From an uncultured Pseudomonadales bacterium (lineage in GTDB: Bacteria > Patescibacteriota > Microgenomatia > UBA1400 > UBA12028), in the NCBI GenBank assembly GCA_964509365.1, contig CAZDWN010000002.1, positions 231,671 through 295,670 of the forward strand: DNA of 64,000 bases. Reading direction: 5' to 3'. How positions within the stretch are numbered: the stretch's first letter is position 1; the number at the start of each line of letters is the position of its first letter. A model generated the notes under the pieces. It searched no databases, was not told where the DNA came from, and saw only the letters and a list, made by a program, of their open reading frames with translations. A program made the translations under genes and the position numbers. Below, in pieces: positions 19,164-28,875 of the stretch.

Positions 19164-20090
19164 TCAAGCTGAGCGGAGTCGTTTGATCCGGTCTTCGATC
19201 GGAGGATGCGTGCTGAAGAGTCCTGCAAACCAGCCGACGCTTCCTCCTGAGAAATTCGATTTCGGAGTATCTGTATGAAATGGGCTATGGATATAAAGAT
19301 GGGCCGTGGCATTGTTTGCCGCTTCCAATGGCTCTTGATCTTTCTCGAGCTTCTCAAGCGCTCTTGCCAAGCTTTCAGGATATTTCGTGAGTCCGGCACC
19401 AGATGCATCCGCGAGATATTCTCGATTGCGAGACACCGCCAGTTGGATGAGTTGCGCAATGAGAGGAGAGAGCAAAGCAAACAACATCCCGAGCACGAAA
19501 AAGATCATTCCGATTTGACCGCTTTCATTGTCTCGACTTCGACGACGACCTCCAAACGAGGACATTCGCAAGAACCAGTTGGCGAGTAATGCAATGAGTC
19601 CGACGAGGATCGTGACGATGGACATGAGGCGCGTATCGTAATTTCGGACATGTGAGAGTTCATGAGCGATGACACCTTCGAGCTCAGTTCGATCGAGGCG
19701 AGACAAGATTCCTGTTGTCGCGCAGACGACCGCATGTTGAGGATCTCTGCCCGTTGCAAATGCATTCATGGCGGAGTCTTCAATCACGTACAGTTTGGGC
19801 ATTGGCATGCCGGCCGCGAGGGTAAGATTTTCCGTCACCGTATACAGTATGAAATCCGTTTTCCGATTAGCCGGCCTGGCACCGGACATAGTCAAGATGA
19901 CTTTGTCGGAGAAATAGTAGCTTCCCAAGCTCATGATCCCTGAAAAGATAAGAGCCAACGGGACAAAACTTGGATCGAGTCCAAATCCTTGCACCATGAA
20001 ATACACTGCCGTCACAATAAATGCGACGAACAAGATCATGATGAGCCATGATTTTCGCTTATTGGCATCGATTTGCTGGTAAAAGTTCAT
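19164..20090 (-). CDS. htpX: HtpX-like M48 zinc metalloprotease
   Basis: HELSH motif (HExxH) and N-terminal transmembrane helices. Confidence 0.8.
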   Translation of the reverse strand: MNFYQQIDANKRKSWLIMILFVAFIVTAVYFMVQGFGLDPSFVPLALIFSGIMSLGSYYFSDKVILTMSGARPANRKTDFILYTVTENLTLAAGMPMPKLYVIEDSAMNAFATGRDPQHAVVCATTGILSRLDRTELEGVIAHELSHVRNYDTRLMSIVTILVGLIALLANWFLRMSSFGGRRRSRDNESGQIGMIFFVLGMLFALLSPLIAQLIQLAVSRNREYLADASGAGLTKYPESLARALEKLEKDQEPLEAANNATAHLYIHSPFHTDTPKSNFSGGSVGWFAGLFSTHPPIEDRIKRLRSA

Positions 20091-20536
20091 ACATCCTCTA
20101 GTTTGTCGACCAACATACTGACGTCTGTTGCTGCAAGTGCGTTTTGTTTCAGTTCCGCATGGACTCTTCTCGCGAGGTCGACATGTGTATCCCAGACTCC
20201 TTGTTCGAAAGGAAAAGTGGATCGACTGAGTTTATTCACATAGAGTTCGAGCGCGACCCAAGCTGCCCGATATAGCTTCGATGGATCGACATCGCTGTAC
20301 TTTGCCACATACTCAGTCCCACTCATATGAGTATCGAGTAGATCCAAGCGGATCTTCTTCAAATTCACTTCGTCCAACCCTAAACCAACCAACGTGTTCG
20401 CAATATGAAAGTGGTCCTCGAGAAGTTCTCGGTTTCTCGCGTCGATTCTTGGATTTTCTGCATCCACTGACCACGAAGTCAATGCTTGTACGAGTTTGCG
20501 AAATCTAGGGAACTTTTCTGAGTCATTTCGTTCCAT
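20087..20536 (-). CDS. hypothetical soluble protein (149 aa) between lemA and htpX
   Basis: 4-nt overlap with htpX. No motif I can recognise. Confidence 0.45.
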   Translation of the reverse strand: MERNDSEKFPRFRKLVQALTSWSVDAENPRIDARNRELLEDHFHIANTLVGLGLDEVNLKKIRLDLLDTHMSGTEYVAKYSDVDPSKLYRAAWVALELYVNKLSRSTFPFEQGVWDTHVDLARRVHAELKQNALAATDVSMLVDKLEDV

Positions 20537-20540
20537 AGAA

Positions 20541-21125
20541 TTATAAGTTCACTTTGACATCATGAGTCTCAGCTTCACTGACTTCCATGTGAGCCCCGGT
20601 CATTGGAGTCGCGACGCCAGCTTTCTTTTGAAAATTGAACGCATTGGCGATCAAGTTACTCGGGAAGGTGACACGCATTTGGTTGTATTGCTGCGACAAA
20701 TCGATGACCGATCGTCGTGCATACATGAGCTTATCGGCAGTGTCGCGAAGTTCAGCCATGAGGTCAGTGACGACGGTGTTCCCTTTGATCTCAGGATTAC
20801 TTTCCACCATGATTGAAAGTTTGCCAGTCATCCCATTGACAGCTTCTTCGACCTTATCGAGAGACTTCCCTGATTTGTCACTGACTGCAGAGTCGACGGC
20901 TTTGCGAGCACTGGTGATCGACGCATAGATGTCTTTTTCATGCGTGAGATATCCTTTGACGCTTGCCTCGAGATTTGGGATCAAGTTCGCTTGGCGCTTC
21001 AGCTGGTTCCCGATTTCCTGCACCGCGGCTTCGATCCGCGTATCTGTAGTCTGAAATGTGTTATACACACTTCCGACATAGAGCAGAATTGCGATGACGA
21101 CCACACCTGGTAATAGTAAACCCAT
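20541..21125 (-). CDS. lemA: LemA family protein
   Basis: N-terminal TM helix followed by the LemA-type conserved region (YNTFQT...RQANLIPNL...VTFPSNLIANAF). Confidence 0.75.
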   Translation of the reverse strand: MGLLLPGVVVIAILLYVGSVYNTFQTTDTRIEAAVQEIGNQLKRQANLIPNLEASVKGYLTHEKDIYASITSARKAVDSAVSDKSGKSLDKVEEAVNGMTGKLSIMVESNPEIKGNTVVTDLMAELRDTADKLMYARRSVIDLSQQYNQMRVTFPSNLIANAFNFQKKAGVATPMTGAHMEVSEAETHDVKVNL

Positions 21126-21218
21126 ATGGACCTCCTTTGGTTCGCCAGAGCTAATTGCGACGGCGACCTTCGACTATACAAGCTCATTGTATCAAGTTTT
21201 GTCCAATGATACAGTCTA

Positions 21219-21473
21219 GTGATCATGGCCTACTCTTCACAATCAGGGATTGAAGTCCCAATCGCAAATGTCATGGATGATAGCCAAGTAGACAAGCTTA
21301 TCAGCGGTACCTTAACCAAAGCTGAGCAAGAAGCCATTTCTCATGCGATCTTACAATACCTCGTAGGCGAAGGTTTTGGTCCCGAAAATGGAGTCGAAGG
21401 TATCGAAGGTTGGAATATCGATACTCTCAATCCACTTTCGCTGATTGTGCATCTTGCCCAAAAGCAGCAATAA
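21219..21473 (+). CDS. hypothetical small protein (84 aa)
   Basis: ORF only. Confidence 0.3.
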   Translation: MIMAYSSQSGIEVPIANVMDDSQVDKLISGTLTKAEQEAISHAILQYLVGEGFGPENGVEGIEGWNIDTLNPLSLIVHLAQKQQ

Positions 21474-21518
21474 GCCCACTTTCCTATCCGCCCATTTTCA
21501 TGTTAAAATACGACTCTG

Positions 21519-21592
21519 GCTCCCGTGGTCTAGCGGTCTATGACGACTCCCTGTCACGGAGTAAACCACCGGTTCGAATCCGGTCGGGAGCG
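21519..21592 (+). tRNA. tRNA-Asp (anticodon GUC)
   Basis: Anticodon stem ACUCC/GGAGU with loop CUGUCAC. T-arm ACCGG-UUCGAAU-CCGGU. Acceptor GCUCCCG/CGGGAGC. Confidence 0.8.
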
Positions 21593-21708
21593 CAGCGTAA
21601 TAATCCTGCCAAGCAGGATTAAACGCTGCTGGTACGTTTAAATTCGAAGAATTTATTACGTACCGCCTCTCTCTTCCCCAACCCTTGTTTGCTAGAATAT
21701 ATTTTGGT

Positions 21709-21969
21709 ATGTACTATACCTACGTTTTGCAGAGTCAAAAAAACAAAAGCCTCTACATTGGATACACCTCCAATCTTCAAAAAAGATTTCAACAACACAA
21801 TAATGGAGAAAGTCAGTCAACAAGGCCATTTCGACCATATGTTCTTATCTTCTATGAAGCTTTTCTCAAACAAAAAGATGCAAAGAATCGAGAAATATAT
21901 TTAAAAGGCGGATACGGCAGAAGGAGTCTAGCTGCTTTGCTCAAAGATTTTTTATCCTCTCCCTCTTGA
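21709..21969 (+). CDS. GIY-YIG nuclease domain protein (about 86 aa)
   Basis: YTYVLQS...LYIGYTSNLQKRFQQHN, the GIY-YIG core. Confidence 0.65.
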   Translation: MYYTYVLQSQKNKSLYIGYTSNLQKRFQQHNNGESQSTRPFRPYVLIFYEAFLKQKDAKNREIYLKGGYGRRSLAALLKDFLSSPS

Positions 21970-22057
21970 CAACTTCTGTGAAGTTTCGTACGTTGTTTCC
22001 TAACATACCTCTGCTGCCCTCAGGGGAAAATATTCACCTCACTACAAAGGAGATTGT

Positions 22058-22732
22058 ATGGCAGCAGCAAAAAATCAAGCGACTTCAGTAGATACTCTGA
22101 AGACGTATGAGTCCCAGATCAGCACCGTATTTGGGTTCATCATCGTGGTGGCGATCGGTATCGGGCTGCTTTTCTTGCTTCGTCGCACGACCTCAAAGTC
22201 AAATCCTCAGATTTCAGACAGTGGAAAGCAAACGACCGCAGAAAACCTCATGAAAGATGAGACGTCGGCTGCTGGCAAATACATTGTGAAAAAAGGAGAC
22301 CATCTCTGGAAGATTGCTGAAAGTGAGATGAAGGATGGCTATCAGTGGGTCACCATCGCAAATGCGAATGGCATCAAAGCTCCATACGTCGTCAAAGAAG
22401 GCCAATCACTGACGATTCCAAGCCCGGATCCAAAACTTGAAAACTTGATGGTCAAAGCGACGTCTGCTCCTGCAGTAGCCAAGCCAGTCGCGACGGTCGC
22501 CCCGACTCCAAAAAGTGAAGCTCCAGTAGCTCAAGCACCAACGACCTCTGTGACTCCATCTGGATCAGTTCATACAGTCGCGGTTGGTGAAAATCTCTGG
22601 AAGATAGCGGTCGCTGAATACAAAGATGGCTACAAATGGGTCGAGATTTATAGAGCAAATAAGAAGTTAATCGGGAGTAATCCAGGAATTATTCGAGTCG
22701 GACAACAGTTGACACTTCCAAGTGGCAAATAG
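22058..22732 (+). CDS. membrane-anchored protein with two LysM peptidoglycan-binding domains
   Basis: TM helix, then two LysM-like repeats (YIVKKGDHLWKIA... and HTVAVGENLWKIA...). AAGGAG ribosome-binding site. Confidence 0.75.
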   Translation: MAAAKNQATSVDTLKTYESQISTVFGFIIVVAIGIGLLFLLRRTTSKSNPQISDSGKQTTAENLMKDETSAAGKYIVKKGDHLWKIAESEMKDGYQWVTIANANGIKAPYVVKEGQSLTIPSPDPKLENLMVKATSAPAVAKPVATVAPTPKSEAPVAQAPTTSVTPSGSVHTVAVGENLWKIAVAEYKDGYKWVEIYRANKKLIGSNPGIIRVGQQLTLPSGK

Positions 22733-22744
22733 GACAAGAAACTA

Positions 22745-22778
22745 TGGGCCCCTTGGAACTCTCCAGGGGGCCTTTTTT
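22745..22778 (+). terminator. Rho-independent terminator after the LysM gene
   Basis: GGCCCCCTTGGA-ACTC-TCCAGGGGGCC followed by TTTTTT. Confidence 0.75.
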
Positions 22779-22939
22779 ATGAAAGAAAATGACGAGAACG
22801 ATACTAGCGAATCAAGAGTACACCGCATGATCCAATCCATCATACGACAACTCCAAGCAGAGCGTGACGGCGGAGAATTAGATCCCGAGTCTGATGCTGA
22901 ATAATTTTCAAAAAATTGATACAATCGGATGATAAAAGT

Positions 22940-23010
22940 GCGGGATTAGTATAGTGGTAATATATATCCTTCCCAAGGATAAGCGAGGGGTTCGATTCCC
23001 CTATCCCGCT
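22940..23010 (+). tRNA. tRNA-Gly (anticodon CCC)
   Basis: Acceptor GCGGGAU/AUCCCGC. Anticodon stem UAUCC/GGAUA with loop UUCCCAA. T-arm AGGGG-UUCGAUU-CCCCU. Confidence 0.85.
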
Positions 23011-23026
23011 CCCGTAGCATGAAAGT

Positions 23027-23097
23027 GCCTCCTTAGTTCAGTGGCAGAACAGCGGTATCGTAAACCGCGGACGTCAGTTCGATTCTGACAAGAGGCT
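23027..23097 (+). tRNA. tRNA-Thr (anticodon CGU)
   Basis: Anticodon stem GCGGU/ACCGC with loop AUCGUAA. T-arm GUCAG-UUCGAUU-CUGAC. Confidence 0.8.
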
Positions 23098-23153
23098 CTA
23101 TGTACTCAAGACTTGCACATCACGAAGAAAACCACTTGGTCCGACAAATTCTC

Positions 23154-23804
23154 ATGTTGTTTGGAGCAAGCATCGGCTTGATCGTGTTGTTCTTGCTCGT
23201 CATTCTTCCTGCGTTCATCAAGTTCTTGGCCTTTCGAAATTTCTCATCGAAGATTACGTATTCGCAAGACAGCGTCATCACCTCCAAACCGTTTTTGACC
23301 CAGCCGTTTGAAGCGACCAACAGTGCAACTCTCAAATTAACAGGGAGCGCACAGGCAGGTCAAAAGATTGTCTTACTACAAAATGGGTCGCCAGGGCCAG
23401 AGACAAAAGCCGCTGACGATGGCTCCTTTGCATTCACAGGTGTGACACTCGAATCAGGACAGAATACATTTACGACCGTCGCACAAAATGACAACGGCGA
23501 TCGCAGTAACCCATCCAATGCGGTGGTGATCTCCTTCGTGAAAGATGCTCCCAAACTCACGGTCGACACTCCAACCAATGACAGTACGATTTCTCAGCGA
23601 AAACAAAACCCGATCACGGTCAAAGGAAAAGCTGACGTCGGTGACAAAGTGTATATTGCTGACCGACTGATCTTCGTCTCAGCGGATGGGAGTTTTACTA
23701 GTCAAGTCCAACTCAATGAAGGCGATAACACGATTACCGTCAAAGCCGTCAACGCTGCTGCAGTCGAGACTTCTCTCGATATCCTTGTGCACTTCTCGCC
23801 ATAA
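23154..23804 (+). CDS. membrane-anchored extracellular protein with Ig-like/Big-type beta domains (ORF could begin at 23100)
   Basis: N-terminal TM helix. Repeated beta-rich modules (GKADVGDKVYIADRLIFVSADGSFTSQVQLNEGDNTITVKAVN). Confidence 0.5.
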   Translation: MLFGASIGLIVLFLLVILPAFIKFLAFRNFSSKITYSQDSVITSKPFLTQPFEATNSATLKLTGSAQAGQKIVLLQNGSPGPETKAADDGSFAFTGVTLESGQNTFTTVAQNDNGDRSNPSNAVVISFVKDAPKLTVDTPTNDSTISQRKQNPITVKGKADVGDKVYIADRLIFVSADGSFTSQVQLNEGDNTITVKAVNAAAVETSLDILVHFSP

Positions 23805-24936
23805 TGACGGCGAGTATGATCAGTACAAATGGATAAAAAAACGTATTCGTAAACAATGCGTGCACCCCAACTGCCAGGAGCACCGCCTGGACCTCAACAC
23901 TTCCCTGACTTACTTTCAAAAGCTGCCATACAATGCTCAACGATATTCCCACGCCAATAACTCCTAGAGAAGTAAAGAGAAACACATACGAGTTCTCAGC
24001 TGCGCTCGAATGATTGGGGACGACCGCATTGTAAAGGAGCGTGGTAGGGTTCTGTTCCTTTTTCCAATACCACCCCTTCCCGATGACTCCATCACTTAGT
24101 GAAAACTGTGAAAAGGATCCCGTAACGCTATCAATACGTGAAACTACGCTCGCTGTACGCTCCAGTTTTACTCCTTCTCCTCCTGGTCGTGGTAAGAGCA
24201 CCATTCCGAGTAGAAAGAGCGGAAGTAAGAAGAGCACGATTTTGTTCTTGAGCTTCCATGCAAGAAGAAGTGTCATGACGAGATACGCCAGATATGAAGC
24301 TCGAGAGTACGTTAGTAAAAGTGCCACAGTCATTGTAAGCAGAAGTGTGGAGTTGACCCAGTTGCGTCTGCGAATCCACTCCACGAGTACTACCGCAATG
24401 CCAATCACCAGCATGATCCCCGTAAATCCTGGGTCAAAGAGTGTGGATATCAATCGAAAGTAGTGATCATCCCATCCCAGTAACTGCAGACCTCTGGTAT
24501 CTGGGATCGCCACATATTGGAAAAAGCCAAGTATGGCTATGAGACTTACCACAGAGACCAGCCATGTCTGGATCTCACGAGCTGTAAGTGTCTTTTCCCG
24601 AATCAGTAGATAGATGACGAGTCCAAGCGCAATAATGTTGTCTAGTCGAAGCAGATATAAACTGACGACAAGCAGTTGATGAAAGTCCGGCCAAAAATGC
24701 ATCAAACTAGTCGCGAAGATCCATGCGTTGAGTGCGACAAAGAGTTGAGCGAGTCGAGATGAGGAAAGTTGTCTCCAATTCACCTTACGATACAGCAAGT
24801 ACGTCACCCACATCATGGGTATCAGGATATCTTGAAAATAAATGGCAGTCGCACCTAACAGCTCAAATCGTCCAAATTGTCCGAGGACGAGACATCCTCC
24901 GAGTGTGAGAAACAAGATTCGAAAGTAGGATCTCAT
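23749..24936 (-). CDS. O-antigen ligase/Wzy_C family polytopic membrane protein (possible polymerase, ligase or O-oligosaccharyltransferase)
   Basis: Ten or more TM helices, with an LLTYSRASYLAYLV motif resembling the Wzy_C/RfaL signature. Confidence 0.65.
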   Translation of the reverse strand: MRSYFRILFLTLGGCLVLGQFGRFELLGATAIYFQDILIPMMWVTYLLYRKVNWRQLSSSRLAQLFVALNAWIFATSLMHFWPDFHQLLVVSLYLLRLDNIIALGLVIYLLIREKTLTAREIQTWLVSVVSLIAILGFFQYVAIPDTRGLQLLGWDDHYFRLISTLFDPGFTGIMLVIGIAVVLVEWIRRRNWVNSTLLLTMTVALLLTYSRASYLAYLVMTLLLAWKLKNKIVLFLLPLFLLGMVLLPRPGGEGVKLERTASVVSRIDSVTGSFSQFSLSDGVIGKGWYWKKEQNPTTLLYNAVVPNHSSAAENSYVFLFTSLGVIGVGISLSIVWQLLKVSQGSVEVQAVLLAVGVHALFTNTFFYPFVLIILAVIMARSAQGYREKSRLQQR

Positions 24937-25700
24937 GAGCGTGTCCTCAGTCTTTCAAGCAGTTTGATGCGAACACACAAGGAATGGAAACTCATCATCC
25001 AGGCCATGATGAGGCCAGGATATCCATCAAGCATTCCAAACCTGACAATATAGTTTTGCACAAACTTCGCTAGTGGGAATACAAAGAGCTGGAAGTACGC
25101 CGTACTTCGTCTGGCTTTACTACTTCTCTCTATGACCTCGAGCTGGGTGTAGCGATTAATCTTCTCAAAGAAGCTCTCAAGTGTCGGGTGAGGGAAATGA
25201 AGGATCTCTCCGACTAATGTGTCAGTGTGCCCGCTTATGTTCCATGTCTCATGCACTGATCGCACCCATTTGCCAGTATCTTTCCTTGCGAATCGCAACA
25301 GTTTCGTATGCGATGTTTCCCCGTAATACAGTCGCTTGCCCATAAAAAAGTCACGCCGATTGATGAAAAACCCATTCACCAGTTTGGACTCCCAGTGACC
25401 ATCAAGCAGCTCCTGACTCAACTCTTTCGTGACGACCTCATCGACGTCGACAAAAAGGATCCATTCTGTCCTGACATACTCCAGTAAGAAATTTCGCTTG
25501 TGAGAAAAGTTGATATCGGCAGGAAGTTTGATTACATCCGCGTGGTAGTGTTTTGCGATGACAATGGAGTCATCTGTTGAGTTGTCATCGCCGACAATGA
25601 TATTTTCACAAAAGTCGAGAGACTCAAGACAATGAGTGAGCGTCAATGCTCCGTTCTTACACAAGACGATCGCAGTGATATTAGTAGGCTTTGGCATAAA
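24933..25700 (-). CDS. glycosyltransferase family 2
   Basis: ITAIVLCKNGALTL...IIVGDDNSTDDS, the GT2 DxD region. Confidence 0.75.
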   Translation of the reverse strand, partial: FMPKPTNITAIVLCKNGALTLTHCLESLDFCENIIVGDDNSTDDSIVIAKHYHADVIKLPADINFSHKRNFLLEYVRTEWILFVDVDEVVTKELSQELLDGHWESKLVNGFFINRRDFFMGKRLYYGETSHTKLLRFARKDTGKWVRSVHETWNISGHTDTLVGEILHFPHPTLESFFEKINRYTQLEVIERSSKARRSTAYFQLFVFPLAKFVQNYIVRFGMLDGYPGLIMAWMMSFHSLCVRIKLLERLRTRS

Positions 25701-27168
25701 CTTTTTGACTATCAAGTTCTCGGACCCAGTACGCCCCAAGATCGATCACGTTTCCTTGGTCGATCCATCGTCGCTTGGCTTCCTCTGGTCGATCGATACG
25801 AAATCGAGCACAATCGGGACCTTGAGTCCGGGAGTCGATGGCGATGAGGTATTCCAAATGATTATAGAGTGTCGGAAAGGTCGCGTCTCGTTCAAGTGAT
25901 TCGAGTATGATGCAGCGATTGCCGGCTAATGTAAAAAGTGAGTCGACAATGTGCTGTTGCGTCCCTATGCTTGGCCCAAATCGTTTGTCACCCCAATTTG
26001 ATTCGTTTGTCTGCAGAAGAAAGAATGTATTCATTTCAAGATGCTTCGCTGAGAGTGCCAGTGAAGTGAAGAGTACCAATGTAAGAAACACTCCGACGTT
26101 TCGATTGATTTTGCGAAGCCCACTAGCGATCATCATCGTCACACTCGGTGCCAATAGCGGTATATATGCTTCCGATGGGACCCTGTGGATCACGAGTCCG
26201 ACTGCCAAGATACAGCTACTCGCACCGACGATTCGCGACAGTAGATTACTTTTTCTCCACGTCCACACACAGATGCCAGCGCAGAGGACTATGATGCTCA
26301 GCCACAGCCACTGATCCATCGCAATTCCATTTTGAGTGAAGAGCGATACAAACAGCTTGATCAAATCTTGGATTTTTGCTCCAGATCCGCCATCGGTCAA
26401 ACTATTTTTTGTAAATGGCAGCAGCGCAGTTACGATCTTATACCCCACCCAAACCGCAAATCCTCCAAGCTGAGCAAATTGATGAGTAAGGTCAAACACG
26501 ATTTGAGGAAGTAAACCGATAGCGAGTCCAAGCCCAATCGGAAGTGTCCTGACCAGTTGGGAGCGACTCGGCCACGTTTGCTTCATTTTCACGAGAGGGA
26601 TCAACAGAATGAGTGGAAAAGCCGCAAGCTCAAACTGAAACACCAGTGCAAAGGCGAGTCCTGCCCCAAAAGCCGCCCACTTCTCACCTCGTGCAAATCT
26701 GACAATTTGCCACAGGAAGATGCAGACAAACAATGGAATCGGGACGATGTGATATGGCATCCGACTGTGGAGAATCAACATGGGAAGCAGAGAAAACAGC
26801 AGTGCTGCGAGTGTAGCTGTTCTGACGGAATCATAGGTAGCGACCAGGAGATAGAGTGCGACAATTGCCGCCAGTCCAAACGCGCTTGCCAGTAGTCCCA
26901 TCGCGAGGATTGATCCGTGGCTCAGCCAATAGGTGATCGCCAAAAAGTAAATAAACAATGGACCTTGCTTGAATCTCGGGATACTTGAAGGGATGCCCAG
27001 TAACGGGACGTGACCAAGTTCGACCATCTCTTTCGCGACCAGCGCATCTCGTCCTTGGTCTCCGACAAAGATCATTTGCGACGAAATTGAGTGGACGCGA
27101 AGAACCGTCGCAAGTGCGAGGATGAGGAAGAATATCCAATGAGTCCGAATCGCAAACCAAATTCTCAT
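25681..27168 (-). CDS. GT39/GT83-like (PMT/ArnT-type) membrane glycosyltransferase
   Basis: Polytopic protein with an N-terminal loop motif FVGDQGRD, followed by a C-terminal soluble domain. Confidence 0.6.
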   Translation of the reverse strand: MRIWFAIRTHWIFFLILALATVLRVHSISSQMIFVGDQGRDALVAKEMVELGHVPLLGIPSSIPRFKQGPLFIYFLAITYWLSHGSILAMGLLASAFGLAAIVALYLLVATYDSVRTATLAALLFSLLPMLILHSRMPYHIVPIPLFVCIFLWQIVRFARGEKWAAFGAGLAFALVFQFELAAFPLILLIPLVKMKQTWPSRSQLVRTLPIGLGLAIGLLPQIVFDLTHQFAQLGGFAVWVGYKIVTALLPFTKNSLTDGGSGAKIQDLIKLFVSLFTQNGIAMDQWLWLSIIVLCAGICVWTWRKSNLLSRIVGASSCILAVGLVIHRVPSEAYIPLLAPSVTMMIASGLRKINRNVGVFLTLVLFTSLALSAKHLEMNTFFLLQTNESNWGDKRFGPSIGTQQHIVDSLFTLAGNRCIILESLERDATFPTLYNHLEYLIAIDSRTQGPDCARFRIDRPEEAKRRWIDQGNVIDLGAYWVRELDSQKVYAKAY

Positions 27169-28439
27169 ACTGATTGCTCTGCAGCTACTTGCACGAGAGC
27201 AGGATTTGGGACGGATTTACTTTTGGCTACTTTCATTGCCTGCCAGATGAAAAGCGGTTGGATCAGAAGTCTCGAGGCGACGACTGCATAGGCGGCACCA
27301 TGGAGACCAAACTGATGAGTGAACCACCACATGAGGATGAGCATCGCAGTGAGACCAATCGCATACAGCGCGACGAGCGATCGGATCCAGTTACGGGCAA
27401 GAAACAATGGATTGATAAGCGTGTCCATCCCAGTGATAAAGGCACAGATCGATAGTGGCAAAAACAACTCAAGCGACGGTCTCCACTTTTCTTTGAGTAA
27501 ATAGATCAGTGCACCCTGCACAATCGTGGTATTGAGAGCGATCGTGGGGATGAGCATCAGTACGGCTGCAGGGAGAATGAGCTTGATGACGGCCCGCTTC
27601 ATTCGATCAGGTTCGTCGACCAGTCTTCCATAGATCGGCAACAGGACTTGTGAAAATGCCGTCCCGACCTCTGCGATCAGACTGCGAGTGAGATTAAAGG
27701 CAGTTTGATAAAAGCCTAGAGCGGTTGCCCCGAGGACTCTGCCAACTATGATGTTGTCAAAATTTTGCTCTGCATACGTGATGATCCCAACTGCATTGAT
27801 CCACTTCCCTGGCGTGATGATCGCTTCATACACTTTTTTATCAAAATGAAGTTTTGGTCGTTGTTTGATGAACACAAACGAGTAGACCACTTCGGCAAAA
27901 GCCGCCAAGATCATCGCATAGATCAGACTGTCTGCATTGTGAAAGACGCGTACAAAAAGTATTGCGGAGACTGCATCGACAATGGTCAATCCAATACGCA
28001 AATATGCTTCTTTATTAAACTCAAGATTTTTGACATACATCGCCTCGGCTGGATTGATGAAACCTTTGATTACTGGGATCACAGCAGCCAGTAGCATGAG
28101 GGGAAACAACCCCTGATCATGGAAAAACACTGGAGCTAAAAATGCGAACGCAAGGAGCACAGCTCCTATCAAGAAGCCTCTCACCATGGAGACAATATAT
28201 GCAGTATCGAGGTAGTAGCTTAAGGGCTTGCTATCTTTGATCAGGACGACATTGATCCCCGTCTCTGTGAGCATCTCCAGGAGTCCGAGAGCGATGGCTG
28301 CCAGTCCAAACAATCCGACTTCACGAGGTGAGAGGTACCGATATGCAAAGAGGACTTTGGCAAAGACAATTGCTTTTGCCCCATACCGGAATGCACCGAT
28401 CCAGCCTAATCCCTTCAAGAAATCTTTTGTATACCCCAT
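27165..28439 (-). CDS. Wzx-like polysaccharide flippase (MOP superfamily)
   Basis: About 12 TM helices with a polysaccharide biosynthesis protein-like N-terminus. 4-nt overlap with the downstream GT39 gene. Confidence 0.65.
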   Translation of the reverse strand: MGYTKDFLKGLGWIGAFRYGAKAIVFAKVLFAYRYLSPREVGLFGLAAIALGLLEMLTETGINVVLIKDSKPLSYYLDTAYIVSMVRGFLIGAVLLAFAFLAPVFFHDQGLFPLMLLAAVIPVIKGFINPAEAMYVKNLEFNKEAYLRIGLTIVDAVSAILFVRVFHNADSLIYAMILAAFAEVVYSFVFIKQRPKLHFDKKVYEAIITPGKWINAVGIITYAEQNFDNIIVGRVLGATALGFYQTAFNLTRSLIAEVGTAFSQVLLPIYGRLVDEPDRMKRAVIKLILPAAVLMLIPTIALNTTIVQGALIYLLKEKWRPSLELFLPLSICAFITGMDTLINPLFLARNWIRSLVALYAIGLTAMLILMWWFTHQFGLHGAAYAVVASRLLIQPLFIWQAMKVAKSKSVPNPALVQVAAEQSV

Positions 28440-28482
28440 AGCATTGATTGTACGACAAAATAGGCTAAACTGATAAAACAAT

Positions 28483-28875
28483 ATGAAGGAACTCGACGAA
28501 AGTGCTCGGGTACGCGAGACACCACAGCACGGATGGAGATTTGGCGGTTTATCACCTGATGATCGAGCCAAACATCTTCAAGGACTACGCGAGCTGTACC
28601 GCGCTGAGTTACACAATCGCACAAATGCACTTTCTCCAGTCTCACTGCTTCTCGATACCATTTTCGAGATTTTACTCAGTACACTACGAGGTGAAGAGCA
28701 TACAAAGACATCTTCTCGGCTTTTAAGCGAGTGTGGCTTGGGAGATATTGTAATGGAGTTTCGACAGCAACTTCGTACAGAACAAATCCCAAAAAAGTTG
28801 ACCGACGAACATATGGTGCTGTTACGTGAACTTATGGAAAGTAAAGTATTTTTTATTCTTGAGGCTTTTAAGTAA
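28483..28875 (+). CDS. hypothetical protein (130 aa), the only plus-strand gene inside the glycosylation island
   Basis: Intact ORF that overlaps the 3' end of the next minus-strand gene by 8 nt. No motif I can recognise. Confidence 0.4.
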   Translation: MKELDESARVRETPQHGWRFGGLSPDDRAKHLQGLRELYRAELHNRTNALSPVSLLLDTIFEILLSTLRGEEHTKTSSRLLSECGLGDIVMEFRQQLRTEQIPKKLTDEHMVLLRELMESKVFFILEAFK

